From Bacteroidota bacterium (GTDB taxonomy: Bacteria > Bacteroidota > Bacteroidia > Chitinophagales > Chitinophagaceae), in the NCBI GenBank assembly GCA_023423835.1, contig JAFAEW010000134.1, positions 1-19,408 of the forward strand: a DNA stretch of 19,408 nt, in the 5' to 3' direction. Shown piece after piece: positions 1 to 8,051 of the stretch; within the stretch, counting starts at the first letter, position 1, and the number at the start of each line of letters is the position of its first letter. The translations under genes and the position numbers were made by a program. The notes beneath the pieces are model-generated. The model was not told the DNA's origin, did not search any database, and saw only the letters and a list, made by a program, of their open reading frames with translations.

Positions 1-1413
1 CTGTTATTTATTATTCCGCCTGTTATTGCTCAGAAAGCCAATGTTTCCGATTCGGGCTATTCGGTTGAAGTGCAGATTTTGCCGTTTAAAAATTCTAAAA
101 TGTATCTGGGAAGTTATTACGGTAAGAACAAGGTTTTGATAGACTCAACGCAGCTTGACGAACAGGCGAAAGGTTTATTCCGGGGAGATAAAAAGCTGCC
201 GGAAGGCATTTACTTTTTTGTAACGCCGTCGCATTCGCTTTTGCTTGAAATATTGATGGATAAGGGTCAGCATTTTTCGGTTTTTGCGGACAGCGCACAT
301 CCTGAAAAAATTGCGGTTACCGGTTCTGCCGACAATGCCATTTTCGCTGACTATTCCAAATTTCTCGCATCCATTACGCCGAAGATAATTGAATGGAAGA
401 AAAAGGCAGAAGCTGCAACAAGTGCGGCAGAAAAAAAAGAAGCCGAATCGAAGATGAAGGAGTTTAATGAGCAAATGAATGCTTACCGCGAGGGAATTGT
501 GGAGAAACAGCCTGAAAGTATGATGGCCGGATTTTTTAATGCGGTGAAAATTCCGGAGATCAGGGAAATGCCACGCCTTGCCGATGGCAGGATCGATTCC
601 GTAGCCGCGTGGAATTACATGAAAGAGCATTTTTGGGATGAGGTCGATTTTTCAAATAACAGCCTGATCCGCACGCCTTTCTTCGATCCGAAATTGGATG
701 ATTATTTCAAATATTATGTTTCTCCCGATCCTGATTCTGTCATCAGGGAAGTGAATTACCTGCTGCTTGCTTCCCGTGCGGGAAAAGATATTCATCAATA
801 TTTGTTGGGAAAATTTACCGATAAATACATCAATCCCGAGATCATGGGACAGGATAAGGTGTTTCTGTTTTTGTTTAATAATTATTTTTCAAAAGGAGAT
901 ACTGCCTGGCTGAATGAAAAGCAGAAAAAGTACATATTCGACCGGGCCTACAGCATCATGGCCAACCAGATAAATGAACCCGCTCCCCAATTGGTGCTGA
1001 AAGATACTTCCGGAAAAAATGTTTCGCTTTACGACATTAAATCAAATTACACTTTTCTGGTTTTTTGGGATCCCACCTGTGGGCATTGCAAGACCGAAAT
1101 TCCTTTGATTGATTCAATCTATCGTGCAAAGTGGAAAAAAGAAGGTGTTGAAATAATTGGTGTTAATACAAATGATAATACTTTTGAAGAGTGGAAGGGA
1201 TTTATCAACCAACATCATCTGACAGGATGGACTCACCTTTGGCAACCTAAAAAGGAAAAGGAGGCGGATGAACTGGCCCAAAGACCGAATTTCAGACAAC
1301 TCTATGATGTGGTGCAAACACCCACAATGTATCTGCTCGACAAGGATAAGCGCATCCTTGCAAAAAAACTGAGTATTGAGCAATACGATGCCCTGATCGA
1401 TGTAAAAAAGTAA
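1..1413 (+). CDS. TlpA/ResA-like thiol-disulfide oxidoreductase (thioredoxin-fold protein with a long N-terminal domain); 5' end truncated by the window edge
   Basis: The reading frame is open from base 1 with no stop across 1-69. The GTG at 70 is only the first start the ORF track found. The C-terminal ~150 aa contain the thioredoxin CxxC motif 'WDPTCGHCK' and a TlpA/AhpC-TSA-like context ('FLVFWDPTCGHCKTEIP...IIGVNTNDN'). The N-terminal ~290 aa form a non-thioredoxin domain of the kind fused in Bacteroidota TlpA-like proteins. The next gene starts 17 bp downstream. Confidence 0.8.
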   Translation: MLFIIPPVIAQKANVSDSGYSVEVQILPFKNSKMYLGSYYGKNKVLIDSTQLDEQAKGLFRGDKKLPEGIYFFVTPSHSLLLEILMDKGQHFSVFADSAHPEKIAVTGSADNAIFADYSKFLASITPKIIEWKKKAEAATSAAEKKEAESKMKEFNEQMNAYREGIVEKQPESMMAGFFNAVKIPEIREMPRLADGRIDSVAAWNYMKEHFWDEVDFSNNSLIRTPFFDPKLDDYFKYYVSPDPDSVIREVNYLLLASRAGKDIHQYLLGKFTDKYINPEIMGQDKVFLFLFNNYFSKGDTAWLNEKQKKYIFDRAYSIMANQINEPAPQLVLKDTSGKNVSLYDIKSNYTFLVFWDPTCGHCKTEIPLIDSIYRAKWKKEGVEIIGVNTNDNTFEEWKGFINQHHLTGWTHLWQPKKEKEADELAQRPNFRQLYDVVQTPTMYLLDKDKRILAKKLSIEQYDALIDVKK

Positions 1414-1430
1414 ACTGAAATTAATAAATT

Positions 1431-3362
1431 ATGTTTCAAAAACGGGTCAGCCTGATTTTGGCGATAGCCTTAAGCGTGAATCTGCTACAGGCACAAACGC
1501 TGTTCACCTACGGAAATAATACAGTTTCAAAGAAGGAGTTTTTAGCCGCTTTCAATAAGAATCCGGATACCTCCGGCGATAAAAATGAAAAGCTGAGGCA
1601 GTATCTCGACCTGTATATCAACTTCAAGCTCAAAACACAGGCGGCCCGCGATGAGAAACTCGATCAAAAACCCGAGTTTAAATCGGAGGTCACTGAATTT
1701 AAGAATCAACTGATAGACAATTATATCAATCAGCAGGCAAATATCAGCGAACTAATTCAGGAGGCTTTCAACCGCAGTCAAAAGGATCTGCGGATCTCAC
1801 AGGTGTTTGTTGAATTTAAAGGTAATGATACCGCCGCATCTTATAAGTCGATTCATGAAGCTTTTGACAAATTGAAAAACGGAGCTGATTTTGGCGAAGT
1901 GTCAACTGCATATTCAACAGATCCGGCTTTAGCTGCGACAAAAGGCGATATCGGATACATAACGGTTTTCACCCTTCCTTATCCAATAGAAAATATCGTG
2001 TATCAGCTGCAACCGGGTAGTTATTCTGAGATCTACAAAAGTGCGATTGGCTATCATATTTTTAAAACGGTGGCCGAACGACCGGCCCTGGGAATAAGAA
2101 AAGTACAGCAGATATTGTTTACCGTTCCGGCTTCGTTTTCTGAAGCCGAAAAACAGAAGGTCGCAAGTCTCGCGGATTCCGTTTATGACCGTTTAATGAA
2201 AGGCGATTCTTTTGATAAGATGGTTGCCTATTTCGGCGTTCCCACTTCCAATTACGGGGGAGATCAGAACGTATTAGAGGTTTCCGTAGGACAATACGAA
2301 CCCGATTTTGAACAACAGGTGTTTACCCTGCAGAATAAAGGCGATATCAGCAAGCCGTTTCTGACCGGTTACGGCTACAACATTCTCAAACTGATAGAAA
2401 AGATTCCGGTTGTTACCGACCCCGGAGACGTTGTTAACCGGGCGAAACTTCAAACCTCGGTTCAGGAAGACGGCCGGTTGAGCCGGGCCAAGGACCAACT
2501 GCTGAAAAAGTGGATGGAAGAAGGCGGATTTAAACCGGGAAAGTTTAGCTCAAACGATCTGTTTCATTATACCGATTCTACTTTCAAAGCCGGGAAGCAA
2601 ATTGCAGAACTGAACGGCATGACGCCCGAATCGGTTTTATTTTCGTTTAAGAGTCAGAATTTTACGGTGAAGGACTGGTTTACCTTCTTTACTACTTCCA
2701 GACAACAGGGAGCAAGCTTTCTTAACGGAACTTTCGGAGACCTGTATAATGAATTCAAGAAGGATGCTGCAAGGCAATATTTCCGGGGTCATATTGAAGA
2801 ATTTTATCCGCCCATAGCCGAGCAGGTCGTGGAATTTAAAGAAGCAAATCTTCTTTTTTCAGTAATGGATAAACATGTGTGGGGAAAGGCCGCATCCGAT
2901 TCCACCGGTCTGAAGAAATATTATGCGCAAAACAAGTCTAAATACAAATGGCAACCCGGCCTTTCTGTATTAATGGTTTCCGCTTCCACGCCCGATATTC
3001 TCGACAGCATTGGTAAGGCAGTGAAAAACGACCCTTCCCGTTGGCGGGAGATTATTGCCGGCTACAATCAATTGGTAATGGCCGACAGCAGCCATCTCGA
3101 AGATGGTCAGATTCCTTACCCGAAGGAGGTTAAAAAGGAGAAAGGCTTCCTGTCAGAAGTTATCGGAAACAAAGACCAGGACGGCTATTCAGTCGTTTAT
3201 GTATTTGAGGTATATCCGGAACCTTCGGTGAGAAGTTTTGAAGATGCAAGAGGAATGGTAATCAATGATTATCAACAGGTTTTGGAACAGAAATGGATCG
3301 AGCAGCTCAGAAAGAAATATCCTGTTAAAGTAAACGAACCGGAGGTAAAATCGATGCTTTGA
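1431..3362 (+). CDS. peptidyl-prolyl cis-trans isomerase, parvulin (PpiC) type, SurA-like periplasmic chaperone
   Basis: 643 aa. N-terminal signal peptide 'MFQKRVSLILAIALSVNLLQAQ'. A parvulin-type PPIase region ('ISQVFVEFKG...ADFGEVSTAYSTDPALAATKGDIGYITVF...IGYHIFK') and a second PPIase-like stretch ('DSFDKMVAYFGVP...NILKLIEK'). Same strand and 17 bp after the thioredoxin gene. Confidence 0.85.
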   Translation: MFQKRVSLILAIALSVNLLQAQTLFTYGNNTVSKKEFLAAFNKNPDTSGDKNEKLRQYLDLYINFKLKTQAARDEKLDQKPEFKSEVTEFKNQLIDNYINQQANISELIQEAFNRSQKDLRISQVFVEFKGNDTAASYKSIHEAFDKLKNGADFGEVSTAYSTDPALAATKGDIGYITVFTLPYPIENIVYQLQPGSYSEIYKSAIGYHIFKTVAERPALGIRKVQQILFTVPASFSEAEKQKVASLADSVYDRLMKGDSFDKMVAYFGVPTSNYGGDQNVLEVSVGQYEPDFEQQVFTLQNKGDISKPFLTGYGYNILKLIEKIPVVTDPGDVVNRAKLQTSVQEDGRLSRAKDQLLKKWMEEGGFKPGKFSSNDLFHYTDSTFKAGKQIAELNGMTPESVLFSFKSQNFTVKDWFTFFTTSRQQGASFLNGTFGDLYNEFKKDAARQYFRGHIEEFYPPIAEQVVEFKEANLLFSVMDKHVWGKAASDSTGLKKYYAQNKSKYKWQPGLSVLMVSASTPDILDSIGKAVKNDPSRWREIIAGYNQLVMADSSHLEDGQIPYPKEVKKEKGFLSEVIGNKDQDGYSVVYVFEVYPEPSVRSFEDARGMVINDYQQVLEQKWIEQLRKKYPVKVNEPEVKSML

Positions 3363-3410
3363 TTCAGATAGGTTAACCCGACCGTTTTTCAATAAAAGGA
3401 AGCTTCCAGA

Positions 3411-3470
3411 TGCCCGTTGTTTTTCAGGTTATGAAAAGTAACGGGCATATTTATTCAATTTCTTTGTTCT
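3411..3470 (+). terminator. rho-independent terminator-like hairpin downstream of the PPIase gene
   Basis: 5'-ATGCCCGTTGTTTT (3411-3424) pairs with AAAAGTAACGGGCAT (3434-3448): 9 perfect bp, 2 G-U wobbles and 3 A-U pairs. It is followed by a U-rich tract 'ATTTATTCAATTTCTTTGTTCTT'. Confidence 0.55.
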
Positions 3471-3502
3471 TCCTTCTTCCTTGAAAAGCGAAGGGAGCAG
3501 TG

Positions 3503-3518
3503 TGTGAAAATGTGCACA
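3503..3518. promoter_or_regulatory. CRP/FNR-type palindromic operator candidate TGTGA-N6-GCACA
   Basis: The sequence 'TGTGAaaatgtGCACA' matches the CRP consensus TGTGA-N6-TCACA at 9 of 10 positions. It is embedded in the perfect 10-bp palindrome ATGTGCACAT (3510-3519). It lies ~110 bp upstream of the lipoprotein start at 3629. Confidence 0.35.
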
Positions 3519-3628
3519 TTCTGGGCGGGAATTTCCTCAATCTTCAGAACGGATTTTTTCTGCAGCGGCTATTTAGCTGGCAACAGAATTGAACGTTTTT
3601 GTATTATAAAACGAATAAAAATTAACTT

Positions 3629-3871
3629 ATGAAACATCTAGCAATTGTAGCCACAGCCGCCCTTACAGCTTTAGTATTAAGCTGTAATTCACCAAGTACA
3701 TCACCAACTGAAACCTATCCGACAAATTCGAGTCCTTCAACGGAAATGAACAGCGATAGTACAAATATGAACAACAATAACAATAGCATGGATAGTTCGA
3801 TGAATAATATGAATGATACCAACCGCGATACGCTGATGAATAATAACCCGATGAACAGAGATTCGATGTAG
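3629..3871 (+). CDS. small secreted lipoprotein with a Met/Asn/Ser/Asp-rich, low-complexity and probably disordered mature region
   Basis: 80 aa. Signal peptide plus lipobox 'ALVLSC' (Cys19). The mature part is S/T/P-rich and then Met-rich, with 8 Met in the last 42 residues ('...EMNSDSTNMNNNNNSMDSSMNNMNDTNRDTLMNNNPMNRDSM'). The longer antisense ORFs 3663..4082 and 3737..3997 look like junk (Cys/Tyr runs, no signal features). Confidence 0.6.
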   Translation: MKHLAIVATAALTALVLSCNSPSTSPTETYPTNSSPSTEMNSDSTNMNNNNNSMDSSMNNMNDTNRDTLMNNNPMNRDSM

Positions 3872-3904
3872 AATAAGGATGAATGGTTTTATTGTTGATT
3901 TGAT

Positions 3905-3940
3905 AATGCAAGAGTTGTTTTCGAAAACGGCTTTTGCATT
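3905..3940. promoter_or_regulatory. nested inverted repeat in the lipoprotein/pfpI intergenic region (possible weak terminator, attenuator or operator)
   Basis: Outer arms AATGCAA (3905-3911) and TTGCATT (3934-3940) flank a perfect 12-bp palindrome GTTTTCGAAAAC (3917-3928). The pfpI ribosome-binding site and ATG follow ~15 bp later. Confidence 0.35.
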
Positions 3941-3966
3941 TATAAAATGAAATAAAGGAGATAAAA

Positions 3967-4527
3967 ATGGAAAATTTAGAAGGAAAAAAAGTAGCAATTA
4001 TCACCGCAAACGGGTTTGAAGAAGTGGAGTTGACAAGTCCTAAAAAGGCACTGGAAGATGCAGGAGCGATGGTCGACATCATTTCTGCCGAGCCGAAAGT
4101 TGTAAAAGCCTGGGATCATGATCATTGGTCAAAAGAATATCCTGTCAACAAACAATTAGCACAGGTAAACGTGGATGATTATGATGCTTTGATGATTCCC
4201 GGAGGTGTAATGAATCCCGACAAGATGCGGGTGAATGAACAATATGTTAATCTCGCCCGTGCGTTTATGGAATCCGGAAAACCGGTGGCGGCCATCTGTC
4301 ATGGTCCGCAATTGCTCATTGAAACCGGATTGCTCCAGGGAAGGGAAATGACTTCCGCCCCGAATATCAAAACCGATATTCAAAATGCCGGTGCAAACTG
4401 GAAGGATCTCCCTGTTGTTACCGATAACGGGTTTGTTACCAGTCGCGGTCCCAAAGACCTGCCGCAATTCAACAAGAAAATGATAGAAGAAATACGAGAA
4501 GGGAGGCATGTGCCGCTTCAGGCATAA
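3967..4527 (+). CDS. DJ-1/PfpI family protein (class I glutamine amidotransferase-like; intracellular protease/amidase / general stress protein YhbO-like)
   Basis: 186 aa. Nucleophile-elbow motif 'AAICHGPQLL', a 'IPGG' motif, and the typical PfpI length. Preceded by a canonical Shine-Dalgarno AAAGGAG (3955-3961) 5 nt before the ATG. Confidence 0.9.
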   Translation: MENLEGKKVAIITANGFEEVELTSPKKALEDAGAMVDIISAEPKVVKAWDHDHWSKEYPVNKQLAQVNVDDYDALMIPGGVMNPDKMRVNEQYVNLARAFMESGKPVAAICHGPQLLIETGLLQGREMTSAPNIKTDIQNAGANWKDLPVVTDNGFVTSRGPKDLPQFNKKMIEEIREGRHVPLQA

Positions 4528-4536
4528 GTGAGAAAG

Positions 4537-4568
4537 AAAAACCCCGTTTAGCATCACGGGGCTTTTTT
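4537..4568. terminator. bidirectional rho-independent terminator between convergent pfpI (+) and nadE (-)
   Basis: The stem CCCCGT (4542-4547) pairs with ACGGGG (4556-4561) around an 8-nt loop. It is flanked by an A-run on the 5' side and a T-run 'CTTTTTT' on the 3' side, so it reads as hairpin plus U-tract on both strands. Confidence 0.65.
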
Positions 4569-6250
4569 CATCCAAGGTATTTCGCCACTACGGGCATTCT
4601 TCTTCCGGGACCAAATGCCTTGGGACTAATTCTGATGATAGGGCAAAACTGGTGTCGTTTGTATTCATTCTGATTTACCCTTCTGATTGTTTTGACAACG
4701 AGATCCGATTGAAATCCCATCGCTTTTATAGCTTCCGGGCTTTGCCTTCTTTCAATATACTGATACAATAATTTATCTAAAACGCCGTAGTCGGGCAGGC
4801 TGTCCGTGTCTTTCTGGTTGGGTCGTAATTCAGCACTCGGCGCTTTTGTAATGATGTGTTTGGGAATAATTTCACGCTTCCTGTTAATATATGCCGCGAG
4901 TGCATAAACCTGTGTTTTATAACAATCACCCAATATACTGATTCCGCCGGCCATATCGCCATAAAGCGTTCCGTATCCCGTAGCAAGCTCGCTTTTATTG
5001 GAGGTGTTTAGCAGAATGTACCCAAACTTATTCGCAACTGCCATAAGGAGACTTCCTCTTGTTCTGGCCTGCAGGTTTTCTTCTGCAACGGAAAAAGGCA
5101 TTTCTTTAAAAACCGGTTGCAACGCAGTTAGGTAAGTATCAAAAATGCCTTTAATCGGGACGGTAGTATAAGGATTACCAAGGTTTTCACTTAATACAAC
5201 TGCATCATCTACCGAATGTCCGGTTGAAAATTCGGACGGCATAAGCAGTGCATGTACATTTTCCTTTCCAAGCGCCGCACAGGCAAGCGCAATGGTAACG
5301 GCGCTGTCTAATCCACCGGAAGAACCAACGATAGCGGATGAAAAGCGCATTTTTTCAAAATAATCTTTGATACCAAGTACGAGGGCATCATAAACCTGTT
5401 CGATATTCAAATCTGCAATGAAAGTTTCCGGATCTAACTCCCGGTCTGGAATCTCAAAATGATTTCGTTCTATTTCTCCTTCAAATTTTCCGTCATTCTG
5501 TAAAACCACTGATTCTATCGATTCCTTAAATAACGGAAGCGATTTAGCCATATTTCCATCCTTATCGAAAACAAGCGATCCGCCATCAAAAACTGTTGTA
5601 GTCTGGCTTCCGGTGCAATTACAATAGATCACAGGAAGCTTGTATTTTTTCACGTTCCATTTGATGATGGCTTTTCGATCCTCGTCGTGCGTATAGTCAA
5701 ACGGCGATGCGCTGATATTGATGATAATATCCGGATCCTGCTTGATAAGATGATCCATCGGGCAGCTTACATAAAGCGGATTGTCTCCCACATTCCAGAT
5801 GTCTTCGCAAACCGTTATCGCGAGTCGTTTGCCTTTAAATTCAACAACCTTCCAATCGGTTGCCGGTTCGAAATACCGGTATTCATCAAAAATATCATAA
5901 GTAGGCAAAAGCGTTTTGTGAATCTCTGCTTTCACCTCGTTCCGATAAAATAAAAACGCGGAATTAAACAGATCTTTTCCTTCTTTAACCGGATTTTTTG
6001 CGGGAGCGCCTACGATTACGCCAATGGTGTCCGCATGGCGTTTTATTTCATCCAGCGTTTTATAAGATTCTTCAATAAAGTCATCAAATTCGAGAAAGTC
6101 ATGCGGAGCATATCCACAAACCGACAGCTCGCTGAAGACGATCAGGTCTGCACTATCCTTTTTTGCCTGATCTATCGCTTCAATAATCTTTCGAGAGTTA
6201 TAATTGAAATCACCGATAATATAGTTTTGCTGTGCCAATACGATCTTCAT
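4568..6250 (-). CDS. nadE: glutamine-dependent NAD+ synthetase (N-terminal nitrilase/CN-hydrolase domain plus C-terminal NAD synthetase domain)
   Basis: 560 aa. PP-loop ATP pyrophosphatase motif 'SSGGLDSAV' in the C-terminal half. The N-terminal ~270 aa form a carbon-nitrogen hydrolase-like glutaminase domain ('AITVCEDIW' Cys region). The length is typical of two-domain NadE. Confidence 0.93.
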   Translation of the reverse strand: MKIVLAQQNYIIGDFNYNSRKIIEAIDQAKKDSADLIVFSELSVCGYAPHDFLEFDDFIEESYKTLDEIKRHADTIGVIVGAPAKNPVKEGKDLFNSAFLFYRNEVKAEIHKTLLPTYDIFDEYRYFEPATDWKVVEFKGKRLAITVCEDIWNVGDNPLYVSCPMDHLIKQDPDIIINISASPFDYTHDEDRKAIIKWNVKKYKLPVIYCNCTGSQTTTVFDGGSLVFDKDGNMAKSLPLFKESIESVVLQNDGKFEGEIERNHFEIPDRELDPETFIADLNIEQVYDALVLGIKDYFEKMRFSSAIVGSSGGLDSAVTIALACAALGKENVHALLMPSEFSTGHSVDDAVVLSENLGNPYTTVPIKGIFDTYLTALQPVFKEMPFSVAEENLQARTRGSLLMAVANKFGYILLNTSNKSELATGYGTLYGDMAGGISILGDCYKTQVYALAAYINRKREIIPKHIITKAPSAELRPNQKDTDSLPDYGVLDKLLYQYIERRQSPEAIKAMGFQSDLVVKTIRRVNQNEYKRHQFCPIIRISPKAFGPGRRMPVVAKYLG

Positions 6251-6316
6251 GATACAATGATTTTATGGAAGAAGTAAAGCAAATGTAAATCCAAACTAAT
6301 AGTTATCCATTAGTGA

Positions 6317-6324
6317 TACATTTG
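6317..6324 (+). promoter_or_regulatory. Bacteroidota-type -7 promoter element TACATTTG (TAnnTTTG) immediately upstream of the M23 peptidase gene
   Basis: Perfect TAnnTTTG match ending 4 nt before the ATG at 6329. This implies a very short leader or a leaderless transcript. No clear -33 TTTG at the canonical spacing. Confidence 0.3.
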
Positions 6325-6328
6325 CACC

Positions 6329-8044
6329 ATGAAAAGTTTGAAACGGATTGTTTTGTTGTTTATATTTTCGGGCATTCTTACAATTTCAAATTCACAACGC
6401 TTAAACAAAGACGCATTTCCTCAAAACTATTTTAGAAATCCGCTTGATATTCCGCTGCAGCTTGTAGCAAATTTCGGCGCATTGCGTTCAAACCATTTTC
6501 ACATGGGATTGGATATTCGTACGCAGCAAAGGGAAAATCTTCCCGTTTACGCGGCTGCTGAAGGATATGTGAGTAGAATAAAAATCGAGAAATACGGATT
6601 CGGCAATGCCATTTACATTTCACATCCTAACGGATATACTACCTTATATGCGCATCTAAACGCGTTTTATCCTGCACTTGCTAAATATGTAAGGGAAAAG
6701 CAGTACCGCGAGCAGTCCTGGGAACAGGATTTTGAATTGCAACCCGATCTGTTTCCGGTGAAGAAAGGAACCTTCATCGCTTATAGCGGAAACACAGGTG
6801 GGTCTGCCGGTCCGCACGTGCATTTTGAAATAAGAAACACGCAAACCGGCAGCAATCTGAATCCGCTTTTATTTGGATTTGGTGTTACCGATACAAGGCC
6901 TCCTGTAATTTCAAAGTTGTATTGGTACGACCGAAGGTACAGCACCTATTTATTGCCCGGTAATCACGTTCCTATTGCTTACTCAAACGGGAAATATGCA
7001 TCTGTTGACAAAGTGATAAAAGTGAATTCACCTTTGATAAGTTTCGGCATTCAATCCGATGATGTTTCCAGTTCTTCTCCTTTTCATTGGGGCATTTATT
7101 CGGCCGAAATAAAACTGGATGGAAAACCAATCAACAGTTTTCAACTGAATGAAATTTCCTATGATGAAACGCGTTTTTTAAACGCTTGTATCGATTATTC
7201 AAAGTACCTGAAGGATAAATTTTTTGTTTCTCATCTATCTTATTTGCCTGGAAATGGTCTTCCCGTTTTTTCACCGACAGACGGAAATGGCGTAGTGATT
7301 CTGACCGACAGCCTTCCGCACGATATCGAAATTACCGTGAAAGATTTTACGGGCAATGCCACCATCCTCTCGACAAAAGTGCAATTGGGAAGCGCCCTTT
7401 CCCATTACGATTATCCCGCAGATGCAAAGCCTTGTATGCCCAATTATCCATGCCGGGTAGAGAGTGAAAATGTAACCGGTAACTTCAGTAAAAATGCATT
7501 CTATGATGGCGTGCCTTTCATCATTAAAGAATCAGAAAACAGCGGTGCCAATGCTGCTTCAAAACGCATCAGCTTCAGTAATTATACCATTCCGGTTCAT
7601 GATTATTACGATGTTCAGGTAAAAACCACGCTTCCTGCCAATAATCCCCTGAGAGAAAAGGTGGTAATGGAATTAACGAGCGGCAGCAGCAAAATCGTTG
7701 AAAAAGGAAAATGGAATGGCGACTGGCTCTCTGCCCGGTTTAACCGGCTGGGAAATTTGCAACTCGTGATCGATACCGTTCCTCCTGTAATCTATCCTTC
7801 AGGATGGAAACCGGGATCTCTCGTTTCCGGAAGTCACCTGACCTTCAAAGGTTCTGATAATATGGGCGAAATCGCTTCGTTCACGGCCGAACTGGATGGA
7901 AACTGGTTGCTGTTTGCCAAGAACCGGGACAGATTTATTTACACATTTGATGAACATTGCGCAAAAGGAAAGCATGAGCTGAAAGTAACAGCTACCGACA
8001 TCGCCGGAAATGTGAAGGAAGCGACCTATTATTTTACCCGATAA
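6329..8044 (+). CDS. M23 family metallopeptidase (LytM-like) with a large C-terminal extension of unknown function
   Basis: 571 aa. Signal peptide 'MKSLKRIVLLFIFSGILTISNS'. M23 zinc-ligand motifs HxxxD ('HFHMGLDIR') and HxH ('GPHVHFEIR'). The ~390-aa C-terminal region has no motif I recognise. Confidence 0.88.
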   Translation: MKSLKRIVLLFIFSGILTISNSQRLNKDAFPQNYFRNPLDIPLQLVANFGALRSNHFHMGLDIRTQQRENLPVYAAAEGYVSRIKIEKYGFGNAIYISHPNGYTTLYAHLNAFYPALAKYVREKQYREQSWEQDFELQPDLFPVKKGTFIAYSGNTGGSAGPHVHFEIRNTQTGSNLNPLLFGFGVTDTRPPVISKLYWYDRRYSTYLLPGNHVPIAYSNGKYASVDKVIKVNSPLISFGIQSDDVSSSSPFHWGIYSAEIKLDGKPINSFQLNEISYDETRFLNACIDYSKYLKDKFFVSHLSYLPGNGLPVFSPTDGNGVVILTDSLPHDIEITVKDFTGNATILSTKVQLGSALSHYDYPADAKPCMPNYPCRVESENVTGNFSKNAFYDGVPFIIKESENSGANAASKRISFSNYTIPVHDYYDVQVKTTLPANNPLREKVVMELTSGSSKIVEKGKWNGDWLSARFNRLGNLQLVIDTVPPVIYPSGWKPGSLVSGSHLTFKGSDNMGEIASFTAELDGNWLLFAKNRDRFIYTFDEHCAKGKHELKVTATDIAGNVKEATYYFTR

Positions 8045-8051
8045 TTTTAAG

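Noticed and set aside
3663-4082. Antisense ORFs (3663..4082 and 3737..3997, minus strand), longer than the plus-strand lipoprotein ORF
   Set aside because: Their translations are Cys/Tyr/Ser junk with no start context and no signal features. They lie antisense to an AAT-repeat low-complexity stretch and across the pfpI start. The plus-strand ORF has a proper signal peptide plus lipobox.
6295-6314. Inverted repeat ACTAAT-N8-ATTAGT in the nadE/M23 divergent promoter region
   Set aside because: Short (6-bp) AT-rich arms, easily a chance occurrence. It is noted but not called as a feature.
7400-8044. C-terminal region of the M23 peptidase as a possible T9SS (Por) C-terminal sorting domain
   Set aside because: I could not recognise the conserved CTD motifs with confidence in '...KHELKVTATDIAGNVKEATYYFTR'. 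It is left as an unassigned beta-rich extension.
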